Assembly: GCA_021774445.1 (NCBI GenBank)
Contig: JAJFJA010000056.1
Coordinates: 18,347-82,346 of the forward strand
Source: Alphaproteobacteria bacterium
Lineage (GTDB): Bacteria > Pseudomonadota > Alphaproteobacteria > UBA6615
DNA: 64,000 nucleotides
Direction of reading: 5' to 3'
The notes under the pieces are model-generated. The model made no database searches. It was not told the DNA's origin and saw only the letters and a list, made by a program, of their open reading frames with translations. Below, one piece after another: positions 10,103 to 19,360 of the stretch; within the stretch, counting starts at the first letter, position 1, and each line of letters starts with the position of its first letter. The translations under genes were made by a program, and so were the position numbers.

Positions 10103-10139
10103 TCGCTCGTGGGGGGCGTCTGCACGTCCCCCACGGCGA
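10103..10139 (-). terminator. Intercistronic hairpin after the solute-binding protein gene
   Basis: CGTGGGGGGCGT-CTGC-ACGTCCCCCACG stem-loop without a U tract (stabiliser or attenuator). Confidence 0.5.
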
Positions 10140-10156
10140 TCATACAGGCTGTCGCG

Positions 10157-11401
10157 CTATTTCCCGAGAATTCGGTTGGCCTCGCTGGCGGCCGTGGCGA
10201 GAGCCTCGGCCGGCTCGGCTTCTCCGAGATAGATTCTCTGCAAGGCGCGCACGGTGGTATCGGCGACTTCTTCCCAACCGGCGATAACCGGTGCGAAGCG
10301 GGCATCCGGCAATACGGCAGAGAAGACCTTCAGATCCTCATCGTTTTGGAAATGATCTTCCTGAGACACAGCCACGTTGACCGGTAGGAAGCCTTCGGTG
10401 CGGGTGAATTTCGAGCGCCAGTCGTCCTGGAAAATGAAATCCAGGAAGGCCCAGGCATCATCCTTCACCTCGGAGTTATCGAACATGACGATGGAGTCGG
10501 TGACGCCATATGTCCCGTTGGCGCCGCCGGACGGAATGGCAGCCACGCCATAGTTAAGGTCCGGTGCTTCGGTCTTGATCTGGCTCGATAGGAAAGGTGC
10601 GGTGATCATCATCCCGACACGGCCTTCCTTGAACAGGTTCTGCACGTCCTCACGGGTGTTGGCCGTGACGCCGGGCTGGGTAGAGCCGTCGTCGATGAGC
10701 GATTTGTATAATGTCGCCGCCTTCAAAGCCGCGTCGCTGTCGACGCCGCTGGAGCCATCATCGTTGAGGATCGAGCCGCCGAACGCCCACATGGCATAGT
10801 AGAAATAGACGTCGGTCTCGATCTCATTGCCCTGGAGACCGTAACCAAAGGTGTTGTCACCGAGGGCGGAGATCGCCTTGGCCGTCGTTACAAGATCATC
10901 CCAGGTCGCGGGCGGGCCATCGACATTGGCCTGGGCCAATAGATCCTTGTTGTAGTACATGGCGCGCGCCGAAGCGGCGATCGGCAGTCCGTAGGTCTTG
11001 CCGCCCATCACCGACGGTGACAGGAAGGTGGCGATGAAGCGGTTGCGGAAGTCGTCGTCCATGAAGGAGTCGAGCTCGGACACAACGTCCTGTTCGACGA
11101 AATCCACGAGCCAACGGGTGCCGATGATGGCCAAGTCGGAGTTGGCATTGCCGGAGATGTCGGTGGTCAGTTTTTGCAACAAGACATCCCAGGGGACGAC
11201 TTCGATCTGAATGTCGGTGTCAGGATTCGCCGCCTCAAAGGCCGCCGCCGCCTCTTGGAAATACGGTCCGGTCGCCGAGCTGTATTCGGCAACCGTCACA
11301 CGCACTTCGGCTGCTTGTGCCGTGGCAATCCCGCCCAACAGCAGCGCTGCCGCCGACGCGGCAGTAATTTGGGCCGCGAGGCGCCCATTTAATGGCATCA
11401 T
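10157..11401 (-). CDS. Sugar ABC transporter substrate-binding protein (family 1)
   Basis: Signal peptide ending AQA; FEAANPD, GKTYGLP, YYNKDLL, PATWDDL motifs. Confidence 0.93.
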   Translation of the reverse strand: MMPLNGRLAAQITAASAAALLLGGIATAQAAEVRVTVAEYSSATGPYFQEAAAAFEAANPDTDIQIEVVPWDVLLQKLTTDISGNANSDLAIIGTRWLVDFVEQDVVSELDSFMDDDFRNRFIATFLSPSVMGGKTYGLPIAASARAMYYNKDLLAQANVDGPPATWDDLVTTAKAISALGDNTFGYGLQGNEIETDVYFYYAMWAFGGSILNDDGSSGVDSDAALKAATLYKSLIDDGSTQPGVTANTREDVQNLFKEGRVGMMITAPFLSSQIKTEAPDLNYGVAAIPSGGANGTYGVTDSIVMFDNSEVKDDAWAFLDFIFQDDWRSKFTRTEGFLPVNVAVSQEDHFQNDEDLKVFSAVLPDARFAPVIAGWEEVADTTVRALQRIYLGEAEPAEALATAASEANRILGK

Positions 11402-11606
11402 TCGTTGTCCTCCCGGTATTCTATGACATCTAGATAGACGAATTGACTGTTATATCTATGAAAGTCTCTAACATTCTGAGCTGCTACGCAACCGTAAATG
11501 CGGCGCTTTTCTGCTCGCCAGCGGGCGCTGACATCGTGTGAAGGGCGCCCAGATAACGGAAAAACTGGCGGCGGGAGAACGTATCTAGCCGAAACACAGG
11601 TTTTGG

Positions 11607-11620
11607 GTTACTTTCCTACA
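11607..11620. promoter_or_regulatory. Putative RpiR operator
   Basis: Reverse complement TGTAGGAAAGTAAC, 16 nt upstream of the ATG at 11637. Confidence 0.6.
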
Positions 11621-11636
11621 TACGAATGGAGGGCGA

Positions 11637-12815
11637 ATGTACCGAGCGCTTTACGCCTATGCTTGGGATCTCGCAGAAGGAACCGGCGATAGCGTCGCCG
11701 AGACCTTCTTGGGGTTGGGCGTCAATACGATCACCCTGGCTTGCGCCTACCATGCCGGAAAATTCATCCGGCCGCATGGCGCCGCCGGCAAAGTTTACTT
11801 TCCCGAAGATGGCACGGTCTATTTCAGGGCGCGACCGGAGCGGTACGGCAAAATCAAGCCGGTAATCAGTGCGTTAAGTCAGAATCGGGATGTGTTACAA
11901 GAACTGGTCGGGCGCGACGATATCCAGGCGAACGCGTGGGTCGTGCTGCTGCACAATACGCGACTGGGGTCGGCCTATCCCGATGCCGTGGTGCGCAATG
12001 CCTTTGGCGACGGCTACCGATACAGCCTGTGTGCGGCCAATCCCGATGTTCGAGCCTACGCCACCGCGCTTTGTGCCGATTTGAGCGATCGCTACGGAGT
12101 TTCCGGTCTTAGTCTGGAGACGCCGGGATTTCTGCCTTTTCGGCACGGGTTTCACCACGAATTTTCGCTGACGCCGATGAATGCGTGGCAGGAGACGTTG
12201 TTGGCGTTGTGCTTTTGCGATCATTGCAAGGCCGGTGCCGGTGGCGCCGGCATCGATGTGGGTGGCGTACAGTCACGGGTCGCCCAGGCGATCAGCGCCT
12301 ATCTCGAAAGCGACGTCGCGCCGGAGCCGGATATGGCGGCGGCCTGGCTGCTTGCCGATATCGTGGCGGACGGCGACCTGACGGCCTTTCTGCGATGGCG
12401 CTGCGATCAGGTCACCGCGTTAATTCGCGAGATTCGCGATGCCGTTCGCGATGATGCGACCATTGCGGTGATCCCGTCGGTGAATCGGCCAAGCAGCGCG
12501 GCCTGGCTCGAAGGCAGTGACCTGGAGGCGTTGGCGCAAACCGCCGATGTGCTTGAGGTGCCGCTTTACGAGCCGAGCCCGGAGCGGGTGCGAACCGATC
12601 TTTGGGACGTGCGGCGGCGGGTCGGTACCGCCGCGCGTCTGCGCGCGATATTGCGTCCCGGCCCACCCGACGCCAGCAGCGGGGCACAGGTCAAAGCGTG
12701 CGTCGACGCCGTGCGTGCGGCTGGGGTTTCCGACATAGCCTTCTACAACTACGGGCATTTGCGCGAGAGTTCGCTGCATTGGATGCGCGATGCGCTGGCA
12801 GGCGAGGGAAGCTAG
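11637..12815 (+). CDS. Hypothetical protein, probable glycoside-hydrolase-like TIM barrel
   Basis: GGAGGG RBS; LACAYH, LC..NPDVRAY, CFCDHC, FLRWR and FYNYG motifs reminiscent of GH42/GHL-type barrels. Confidence 0.6.
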   Translation: MYRALYAYAWDLAEGTGDSVAETFLGLGVNTITLACAYHAGKFIRPHGAAGKVYFPEDGTVYFRARPERYGKIKPVISALSQNRDVLQELVGRDDIQANAWVVLLHNTRLGSAYPDAVVRNAFGDGYRYSLCAANPDVRAYATALCADLSDRYGVSGLSLETPGFLPFRHGFHHEFSLTPMNAWQETLLALCFCDHCKAGAGGAGIDVGGVQSRVAQAISAYLESDVAPEPDMAAAWLLADIVADGDLTAFLRWRCDQVTALIREIRDAVRDDATIAVIPSVNRPSSAAWLEGSDLEALAQTADVLEVPLYEPSPERVRTDLWDVRRRVGTAARLRAILRPGPPDASSGAQVKACVDAVRAAGVSDIAFYNYGHLRESSLHWMRDALAGEGS

Positions 12816-13594
12816 TGAAACGGTTTGACGACAAGGTGGTGGCGGTCACCGGTGGTGCGGGCGGGATCGGCCGGGCGCTCTGTGCGCGGTTCGCGGCGGA
12901 GGGTGCCCGGGTAGCGGTGGTCGACCGGGACGAAGCCGCCGCAAGGGAGGCAGCAGGCGAGATTGCGGGGGCGATGGCGGTTGCTCTCGACGTGGCGGAT
13001 GCGGACGGTGTCGCGGCAGGCTTTGGCGATGTGGATGCGACACTCGGGCCGGTCGATATCTTGGTGAATAATGCCGGGTTCGTACTCAAGCCAACTCTGG
13101 CAACCATGACGCCCGACGATTGGCAAGCGGAGGTTCAGGGTAATCTTGGCGGCGCCTATCATTGTGCGCGCGTGGTGATACCCGGCATGCAAACAAGGCG
13201 GTCGGGTTGCATCGTCAATATCAGTTCGGTCAACGGACTGCAGGTGTTGGGCCATCCAGCGTATAGCGCTGCCAAGGCCGGGCTGATCAACTTTACGAAG
13301 TCGTTGGCAGTAGAATATGGGCCGGATGGCATTCGGGCGAACGCGGTATGTCCGGGAACGGTGGCGACGCCGGTCTGGTCGGAGCGGGCAGCGCGGCGGC
13401 CGGAGGTTTTCGAGCGGTTGAAACAATGGTATCCGCTCGGCCGAATTGTCGAGCGCGAAGATGTGGCGAAGGCGGTTGCGTTTTTGGCCAGTGACGATGC
13501 GAGCGCGATCACCGGTGCGGTGCTGCCGGTCGATTGCGGGCTGAGCGCGGGCAACCGGGTGATGGCGTCGGAACTGACCTTGGAAGAGTATTAG
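12815..13594 (+). CDS. Short-chain dehydrogenase/reductase (classical SDR, probably NAD-dependent)
   Basis: TGGAGGIG, NNAG, YSAAK; GTG start overlapping the upstream TAG. Confidence 0.93.
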   Translation: MKRFDDKVVAVTGGAGGIGRALCARFAAEGARVAVVDRDEAAAREAAGEIAGAMAVALDVADADGVAAGFGDVDATLGPVDILVNNAGFVLKPTLATMTPDDWQAEVQGNLGGAYHCARVVIPGMQTRRSGCIVNISSVNGLQVLGHPAYSAAKAGLINFTKSLAVEYGPDGIRANAVCPGTVATPVWSERAARRPEVFERLKQWYPLGRIVEREDVAKAVAFLASDDASAITGAVLPVDCGLSAGNRVMASELTLEEY

Positions 13595-13610
13595 GGAGCG
13601 GAGGGCAGCC

Positions 13611-14678
13611 ATGGCGACCGTCAATCTGCGCGGTCTCGAGAAGAGCTACGGTGCGACCAAGGTGGTGCATGGCGTCGATCTGGAAATCGCCCATGGCGAA
13701 TTCGTCGTTCTGGTGGGGCCGTCCGGCTGCGGGAAATCGACCTTGCTGCGGATGATTGCCGGGTTGGAGGATATTACCGGCGGTGAGCTCTATATCGGCG
13801 GTGCGTTGGCGAACGCGCTGCCGCCGCAAAAACGCAATATCTCCATGGTGTTTCAGAGCTATGCGCTTTATCCGCATATGTCGACCTATAAGAACATCGC
13901 CTACGGACCGCGTATCCGTCATGAGCCGAGCGACGAGATCGACGGCAAGGTGAAGCAAGCGGCCGGTATCCTCAATCTTTTCGATTATCTCGACCGCCTG
14001 CCGAGACAATTGTCCGGCGGACAGCGACAGCGGGTGGCGATGGGACGGGCGATCGTGCGCGATCCCGCGGTGTTTCTGTTCGACGAACCGTTGTCCAACC
14101 TGGACGCAAAACTACGGGTGCAAATGCGCACCGAGATCAGGTCGTTGCATCAGCGTCTCGGCACAACCGTCGTATATGTGACACACGACCAGATCGAGGC
14201 AATGACGATGGCCGACCGTATCGTCGTGCTCGACCATGGCCGGGTGCAGCAGGCCGGACCGCCGCTGGAGCTCTACGACCATCCGGCCAATCTGTTCGTG
14301 GCCGGATTCCTGGGCTCGCCGGCGATGAATCTAATACCGGGGGTCGTCCGCCATGCCGACGGGGCGGTGCATGTCGAAATGAGCGATGGTGCGCGCATCG
14401 ACTTGGCGGGGCAGGATGCCGAAGAGGGCCGGTCGGTAATGCTTGGCGTGCGGCCGGAAGACTATCACTTGACCGGGACCGAGCAGGGGGCCGAGGCGGT
14501 GGTCAGTCTGGTGGAGCCGACCGGCGCCGATACCAATGTCTATGGTCAATTGGGCGGGGCCGAGTTCAGCGCGGTGTTTCACGAACGGCACCCGTTCAAG
14601 CCCGGCGACAAAATACGTCTGCGGCCGGACCCTGATCGGCTGCATCTTTTCGACGCAGATTTAGGACACCGGCTTTAA
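13611..14678 (+). CDS. Sugar ABC transporter ATP-binding protein (MalK/UgpC-like)
   Basis: [37 protein letters not shown]-terminal TOBE region. Confidence 0.95.
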   Translation: MATVNLRGLEKSYGATKVVHGVDLEIAHGEFVVLVGPSGCGKSTLLRMIAGLEDITGGELYIGGALANALPPQKRNISMVFQSYALYPHMSTYKNIAYGPRIRHEPSDEIDGKVKQAAGILNLFDYLDRLPRQLSGGQRQRVAMGRAIVRDPAVFLFDEPLSNLDAKLRVQMRTEIRSLHQRLGTTVVYVTHDQIEAMTMADRIVVLDHGRVQQAGPPLELYDHPANLFVAGFLGSPAMNLIPGVVRHADGAVHVEMSDGARIDLAGQDAEEGRSVMLGVRPEDYHLTGTEQGAEAVVSLVEPTGADTNVYGQLGGAEFSAVFHERHPFKPGDKIRLRPDPDRLHLFDADLGHRL

Positions 14679-14703
14679 AGGCTGCGGGGCAAGCAAGAAT
14701 AGC

Positions 14704-16164
14704 ATGAGCATGATGGATGAGACGGCGGAGACATATGATGTGATATTCCGCGGCGCGCAAATCGTCGACGGAACGGGCGCGGCGCCGTTTGCCGGCGATC
14801 TGGCGATTCGTGGCGACCGGATCGCGGTCATCGCCGCCGCGGGTACGCTAAGCAGGGCCAAGCAAGATATCGACGCAAGCGGACAGGCGATTTCGCCCGG
14901 GTTTATCGACACGCACACCCATGACGACAACGCCGTCCTGATCGCGCCTGAGATGACGCCGAAGGTCAGCCAGGGCGTGACCACCGTGGTCGTGGGCAAT
15001 TGTGGCGTCAGCTTGGCGCCGACCGTGCTGCCGGGGGATCCACCGCCGCCGTTGAACCTACTGGGCAAGCGGGACGATTTTCGCTTCGAGGGTTTTGCCG
15101 ATTATGTGACAGCGGTCGAGCAGGCGCGGCCGGCGGTCAATGTGGTCGGCTTGGTCGGGCATAGCAGTCTGCGCGTCAGCGCCATGGAGCGGGTCGACCG
15201 GCGGGCCAGCACGGCCGAGATTGCGGTGATGCAGGAAGCGTTGGCCGAAGGGCTCGCGGCCGGTGCGGCGGGGTTCAGCACCGGTTTGTACTACAAACCA
15301 AACATGGCGGCCGACATGGACGAAGTCGTGGCCCTGGCGGCGCTGGTCGGCGCCGCCGGCGGCGTGTATGCGACGCATATGCGCGATGAGCATGTGCATG
15401 TCCTCGAGTCCCTCAATGAAACATTCGAGACGGCGCGGCGCGCCGGCACGACGGTGGTCATCTCGCACCATAAATGCTCGGGTCGGGAAAATTGGGGGCG
15501 CAGCCGCGAGACATTGCCGGTCATTGCCGCGGCCGGCGAGAGACAGCCGGTCGGTCTCGATGCCTATCCCTACGCCGCCGGCTCGACGGTGCTCGATGTC
15601 GATCACGTCGACGCGGAAATCCCCATCCTGATCACCTGGTCCGACGCGGTGCCGGAGGCGACCGGGCGCTATCTTGCCGACCTTGCGAAAGACTGGGGCT
15701 GCGATGTGTTCGAGGCGGCGCGCCGTCTGGATCCGGCCGGGGCGATTTATTTTCAGATGGCCGAGGAGGATGTGCGGCGCATCCTGGCGTTTCCCGGAAC
15801 GATGATCGGCTCAGACGGGCTGCCCCATGACAAGCATCCGCATCCACGGTTGTGGGGTACCTTCCCACGGGTAATCGGCCACTATGGCCGGGAGGTCGGG
15901 TTGTTTCCGCTGGAGGTGGCGGTCCATAAGATGACCGGCCTGGCGGCGGAACGGTTCGGTCTGAAGGATCGTGGCGTGCTGCGGGAGGGCGCGTATGCGG
16001 ATCTTGTGATGTTCGATCCGGTGGCGATTATCGACACCGCGACTTTCGAAGCGCCGGTGCAACCGGCACACGGCATATCTTTGGTGATGGTAAATGGTGT
16101 CGCCGCCTGGCGAGACGGCGCCGCCGGAGATCGAGCGGGCCGGTTTTTGCGCCGTGGGTCGTGA
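14704..16164 (+). CDS. N-acyl-D-amino-acid deacylase (amidohydrolase family)
   Basis: PGFIDTHTHDD, GNCG, THMRDE, SHHK, GSDG, HPRLWGTFPR motifs. Confidence 0.9.
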   Translation: MSMMDETAETYDVIFRGAQIVDGTGAAPFAGDLAIRGDRIAVIAAAGTLSRAKQDIDASGQAISPGFIDTHTHDDNAVLIAPEMTPKVSQGVTTVVVGNCGVSLAPTVLPGDPPPPLNLLGKRDDFRFEGFADYVTAVEQARPAVNVVGLVGHSSLRVSAMERVDRRASTAEIAVMQEALAEGLAAGAAGFSTGLYYKPNMAADMDEVVALAALVGAAGGVYATHMRDEHVHVLESLNETFETARRAGTTVVISHHKCSGRENWGRSRETLPVIAAAGERQPVGLDAYPYAAGSTVLDVDHVDAEIPILITWSDAVPEATGRYLADLAKDWGCDVFEAARRLDPAGAIYFQMAEEDVRRILAFPGTMIGSDGLPHDKHPHPRLWGTFPRVIGHYGREVGLFPLEVAVHKMTGLAAERFGLKDRGVLREGAYADLVMFDPVAIIDTATFEAPVQPAHGISLVMVNGVAAWRDGAAGDRAGRFLRRGS

Positions 16165-16200
16165 GCAGTCGGGGGTCGTGAGCCGCTGGGGATCGTGAGC
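16156..16200. repeat. Three imperfect 17-bp direct repeats with core TCGTGAGC
   Basis: TCGTGAGC at 16159, 16176 and 16193. Confidence 0.6.
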
Positions 16201-16207
16201 AAACGAG

Positions 16208-16227
16208 GAGGGGGCAACCGCCCCCTC
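16208..16227. terminator. Hairpin terminator between the convergent deacylase and flagellin genes
   Basis: GAGGGGGC-AACC-GCCCCCTC. Confidence 0.65.
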
Positions 16228-16249
16228 TCGGCGTTTGTTCGGGCAGTGA

Positions 16250-17071
16250 TTAGCTGAAGAGCTGCAGGACGGACTGTTCGGACTGTCCGGCGAAAGCGAG
16301 GGCCTGGACACCCAACTGCTGCCGGGTCTGCAGGGCGACGAGATTGGCGCCTTCCTCGTTGATGTCGGCGAGGGTTAGCTTGCCGGCACCTTCTTCCAGC
16401 GTGTTCACGTAGGACTTGGTGAAGTCCAAGCGGGTCTGGAGCAGAGCGACACGAGAACCCAGGGACTGGGCATTGCCGCGCAGCGTGCTAACCGCGGTGG
16501 CGAGCTGGGTCAGAGCGGCATCGACAATACTGCCAGCGCTGAAGTTAGCGGCCGATGATATGCTCAAACCGGTTGAGGCGGTGCGCAGGTCAATCGAGTT
16601 GATGGTCAGAACGCTGGTCGAGGAGGTGCCGAATTCAACGGTCAATGTGGTGCCGGTGCCATTGACCAGGTTGTTGCCCTGATAGACCGCGTCTCCGGCC
16701 AGGTTGTCGATTTGCGTCTTCAACTCATTATACTGGGTGACGATCGCCGCCAATTCCGTGCCGGTCGCCGATTTGGCGCCGATGGCGATACCCTTCATCT
16801 GCTTGACGATGGAATCGATGGAATTGACGGTGTCGAGGGTTACCTTGACCGAGCTGATGGCCTGATCGATGCCGTCCTTCTTTTCGGCAATGTCGAAGGC
16901 GCGGTCGCTGAGGGCCTTGGCCTCGAAGAAGGCGCGACCGTCGTCGAGGGGACTGGCGACACGCAGGCCGGTCGAAAGACGGCCCTGGGTGCGCGAGATC
17001 AGATCCTGGGTTCCCTGCAGCGCGAGGAGATTGGTTCGGACTGCTGCTGTGAGTTGGATATCACCGGCCAT
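16250..17071 (-). CDS. fliC: Flagellin (copy 1, most divergent)
   Basis: RLSTGLRVASPLDD; LTLADINEEGANLVALQTRQQLG; C-terminus QSVLQLFS. Confidence 0.95.
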   Translation of the reverse strand: MAGDIQLTAAVRTNLLALQGTQDLISRTQGRLSTGLRVASPLDDGRAFFEAKALSDRAFDIAEKKDGIDQAISSVKVTLDTVNSIDSIVKQMKGIAIGAKSATGTELAAIVTQYNELKTQIDNLAGDAVYQGNNLVNGTGTTLTVEFGTSSTSVLTINSIDLRTASTGLSISSAANFSAGSIVDAALTQLATAVSTLRGNAQSLGSRVALLQTRLDFTKSYVNTLEEGAGKLTLADINEEGANLVALQTRQQLGVQALAFAGQSEQSVLQLFS

Positions 17072-17130
17072 TTTTGGCACCTTTCCATTCTGAACGTCGA
17101 GGCCGACCGAGCCGGCTCAAGGGTCATAGA

Positions 17131-17146
17131 GCAACAGGCGTGCCAA
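17131..17146 (-). promoter_or_regulatory. Sigma54 -24/-12 promoter of flagellin 1
   Basis: TTGGCAC-GCCTG-TTGC, perfect consensus. Confidence 0.85.
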
Positions 17147-17174
17147 CTTGAAAATTCGGCTAAAAACCACGTTA

Positions 17175-17187
17175 AATCAGATACTTG
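17175..17187 (+). promoter_or_regulatory. IHF-like site between enhancer and sigma54 promoter
   Basis: AATCAG-ATAC-TTG versus WATCAR-N4-TTR. Confidence 0.5.
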
Positions 17188-17254
17188 CAGTCTTGTTGTT
17201 GGTTGTTTCTCGGGCCTTGGGTCCGATGCTGCCCGGCAAGAGAGACCCCAATTG

Positions 17255-17303
17255 CGGCAAACCTTGCCGGGAACGGGCAAGGGTTTGGCGGCAAAGGTTG
17301 CCG
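17255..17303. promoter_or_regulatory. FlbD-type ftr enhancer elements (two)
   Basis: CGGCAA-ACC-TTGCCG and CGGCAA-AGG-TTGCCG dyads about 110-160 bp upstream of the sigma54 promoter. Confidence 0.7.
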
Positions 17304-17370
17304 GGACACGGTTGATCGGTCCGGCGATGGGAACCACCGGGCGATCAGTTGGGCGTGGAGATGGCTTGGA

Positions 17371-17404
17371 AAGAAATGGGGGGGAGGGCGCGTGGCCCCC
17401 CCCA
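17371..17404 (-). terminator. Probable rho-independent terminator after flagellin 2
   Basis: G-run/C-run stem followed by ATTTCTT on the minus strand. Confidence 0.5.
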
Positions 17405-17429
17405 GGTAACTTCGTACGACTTCGGACGA

Positions 17430-18248
17430 CTACTGGAAGAGAGATAGAACCGATTGCTCGGACTGACCGGCAAAGGCGAGGGCGGAAATACCGAGTTGCT
17501 GTCTTGTCTGCAGCGATACCAGGTTGGCCCCTTCCTCATTGATGTTGGCCAGGGTGAGCTTGCCGGCGCCTTCCTCCAAGTCATTTACATAGGCACCCGT
17601 AAAGTCCAGGCGAACTTGCAGCAACGCGACGTTTGAGCCGAGCGAGGACGCATTGCCTCGCAGGGTGGTAATCGCCGTATTCAACTGCGTGATCGCCGCA
17701 TCAACAACACTGGTAGCACTGAAATTGGCCGCCGAAGTAATGGCGAGACCAGTACTGCCAGTTTGCAGGTTAACCGCGCTAATGGACAAGATACTGGTGC
17801 TGACCGTGCCGAACGAAACGTCCAGCGTGGTGGTCGTGTTGTTCACCAGGTTCAATCCCTGATAGCTGGCGTCGCCTGCGAGGTTGTTGATTTGTGTGCG
17901 AAGCGAGTTGTATTGGCTCACGATTGCGGTTAGTTCCGAGCCCGTGGCGGACTTGGCGCTGATCGCGAGCCCCTTTAACTGCCGCACCAGCGTGTCTACT
18001 GCCTCAACTGCTTCGAGGGCAGTTTTCACGGAGCTGATACCTTGGTCGATGCCGTCTTTCTTTTCAGCGAAATCGGAGGCGCGGTCGGCAAGCGACTTCG
18101 CCTCGAAGAACGCCTTCGAGTCGTCAATCGGGCTGGAAACCCGAAGACCAGTGGATAGACGATTTTGGGTCTTGTCGATCAAGGATTGAGTCTTGCCCAG
18201 TGTTAGCAGGTTGGCACGAACGGCGGCATTCAAGGTTATTTCAGCCAT
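17430..18248 (-). CDS. fliC: Flagellin (copy 2)
   Basis: MAEITLNAAVRANLL, RLSTGLRV, QTRQQLGISALAFAGQSEQSVLSLFQ. Confidence 0.95.
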   Translation of the reverse strand: MAEITLNAAVRANLLTLGKTQSLIDKTQNRLSTGLRVSSPIDDSKAFFEAKSLADRASDFAEKKDGIDQGISSVKTALEAVEAVDTLVRQLKGLAISAKSATGSELTAIVSQYNSLRTQINNLAGDASYQGLNLVNNTTTTLDVSFGTVSTSILSISAVNLQTGSTGLAITSAANFSATSVVDAAITQLNTAITTLRGNASSLGSNVALLQVRLDFTGAYVNDLEEGAGKLTLANINEEGANLVSLQTRQQLGISALAFAGQSEQSVLSLFQ

Positions 18249-18256
18249 GATTTCTG

Positions 18257-18296
18257 TCCTCATTCTGAAGTGGCTATTACAAGAGCTTCTGCTCCG
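18257..18296 (-). promoter_or_regulatory. Conserved flagellin leader element (hairpin + CTTCAGAATGAGGA box)
   Basis: CGGAGCAGAAGCTC-N12-CTTCAGAATGAGGA, shared with flagellins 3 and 4. Confidence 0.7.
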
Positions 18297-18308
18297 ACGA
18301 GGACTGCA

Positions 18309-18323
18309 GCAATTATCGGGCCA
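18309..18323 (-). promoter_or_regulatory. Sigma54 promoter of flagellin 2
   Basis: TGGC-CCGATAA-TTGC; ftr-like AGGAAA-TAT-TTGCCG at 18395-18409. Confidence 0.75.
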
Positions 18324-18412
18324 TTATTTTATTGAGCTATTTCATATGGTTATGCTCTTTCTTGGCCCCTGGCGATGGAAAGAATGTGCTGGCTAGGAAA
18401 TATTTGCCGGAC

Positions 18413-18439
18413 AAAAAAAGGGGGGCCGAAGCCCCCCTT
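18413..18439 (-). terminator. Rho-independent terminator after flagellin 3
   Basis: Minus strand GGGGGGC-TTCG-GCCCCCC followed by T7. Confidence 0.88.
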
Positions 18440-18466
18440 AAGGATACGTTCAGATGGAATCCGGGT

Positions 18467-19288
18467 TTACCGGAAGAGTGACAACACCGACTGCTCGGAC
18501 TGGCCGGCGAAGGCGAGGGCGGAGATACCCAACTGCTGCCTTGTCTGCAGCGATACCAGGTTGGCACCTTCCTCGTTGATGTCGGCGAGGGTGAGCTTGC
18601 CGGCACCTTCTTCGAGGCCATTCACATAGGACTTGGTGAAGTCCAAACGAGCTTGAAGCAAAGCGACGTTGGAACCGAGCGAAGACGCGTTGCCTCGCAA
18701 GGTGGTGATCGCCGTGTCCAACTGAGTAATAGCCGCGTCGACAAGGCTGGTCGCGCTGAAGTTAGCGGCAGACGTAACAGAGAGGCCACCAACGGTGTTG
18801 GTCCGCAGATCAACGGCAGTGATGGACAGAGTACTCGTGGTCGCCGTGCCGAAGGAGACAGCCAGGGTCGACGTGGTGTTGTTGACCAGGTTGAGACCCT
18901 GATAACTGGCGTCACCGGCCAGGTTGTCGATCTGGGTCCGCAAGGAGTTGTACTGGCTGACGATGGACGTCAACTCAGTGCCGCTCGCGGATTTGGCGCT
19001 GATGGCCAGACCTTTGAGCTGGCGAACCAGCGTATCGACGGCCTCAACGGCCTCGAGGGCAGTTTTAACCGAGCTGATACCCTGATCGATACCGTCCTTT
19101 TTCTCGGAGAAATCCGAGGCGCGGTCGCTGAGCGACTTGGCCTCGAAAAACGCCTTCGAATCGTCAATCGGGCTGGAAACCCGAAGGCCGGTGGACAGAC
19201 GGTTCTGAGTTTTATCGATAAGGGATTGGGTGTTGCTGAGGGTCAACAGGTTCGACCGCACAGCGGCATTAAGGGTAATTTCAGCCAT
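18467..19288 (-). CDS. fliC: Flagellin (copy 3)
   Basis: Flagellin N- and C-terminal motifs; near-identical to copy 4. Confidence 0.95.
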   Translation of the reverse strand: MAEITLNAAVRSNLLTLSNTQSLIDKTQNRLSTGLRVSSPIDDSKAFFEAKSLSDRASDFSEKKDGIDQGISSVKTALEAVEAVDTLVRQLKGLAISAKSASGTELTSIVSQYNSLRTQIDNLAGDASYQGLNLVNNTTSTLAVSFGTATTSTLSITAVDLRTNTVGGLSVTSAANFSATSLVDAAITQLDTAITTLRGNASSLGSNVALLQARLDFTKSYVNGLEEGAGKLTLADINEEGANLVSLQTRQQLGISALAFAGQSEQSVLSLFR

Positions 19289-19297
19289 TATTAGTGG

Positions 19298-19336
19298 TCC
19301 TCATTCTGAAGGTAAGTTATTGGAGCTTCTGCTCCA
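19298..19336 (-). promoter_or_regulatory. Conserved flagellin leader element in a promoter-less intergenic region
   Basis: TGGAGC-AGAA-GCTCCA-N9-CTTCAGAATGAGGA. Confidence 0.7.
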
Positions 19337-19360
19337 GACTAGTTCTGGAAATCCGGCGGT

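Noticed and set aside
16156..16200. Mini CRISPR-like array
   Set aside because: The repeat core is only 8-11 bp with 6-9 bp spacers and there are no cas genes
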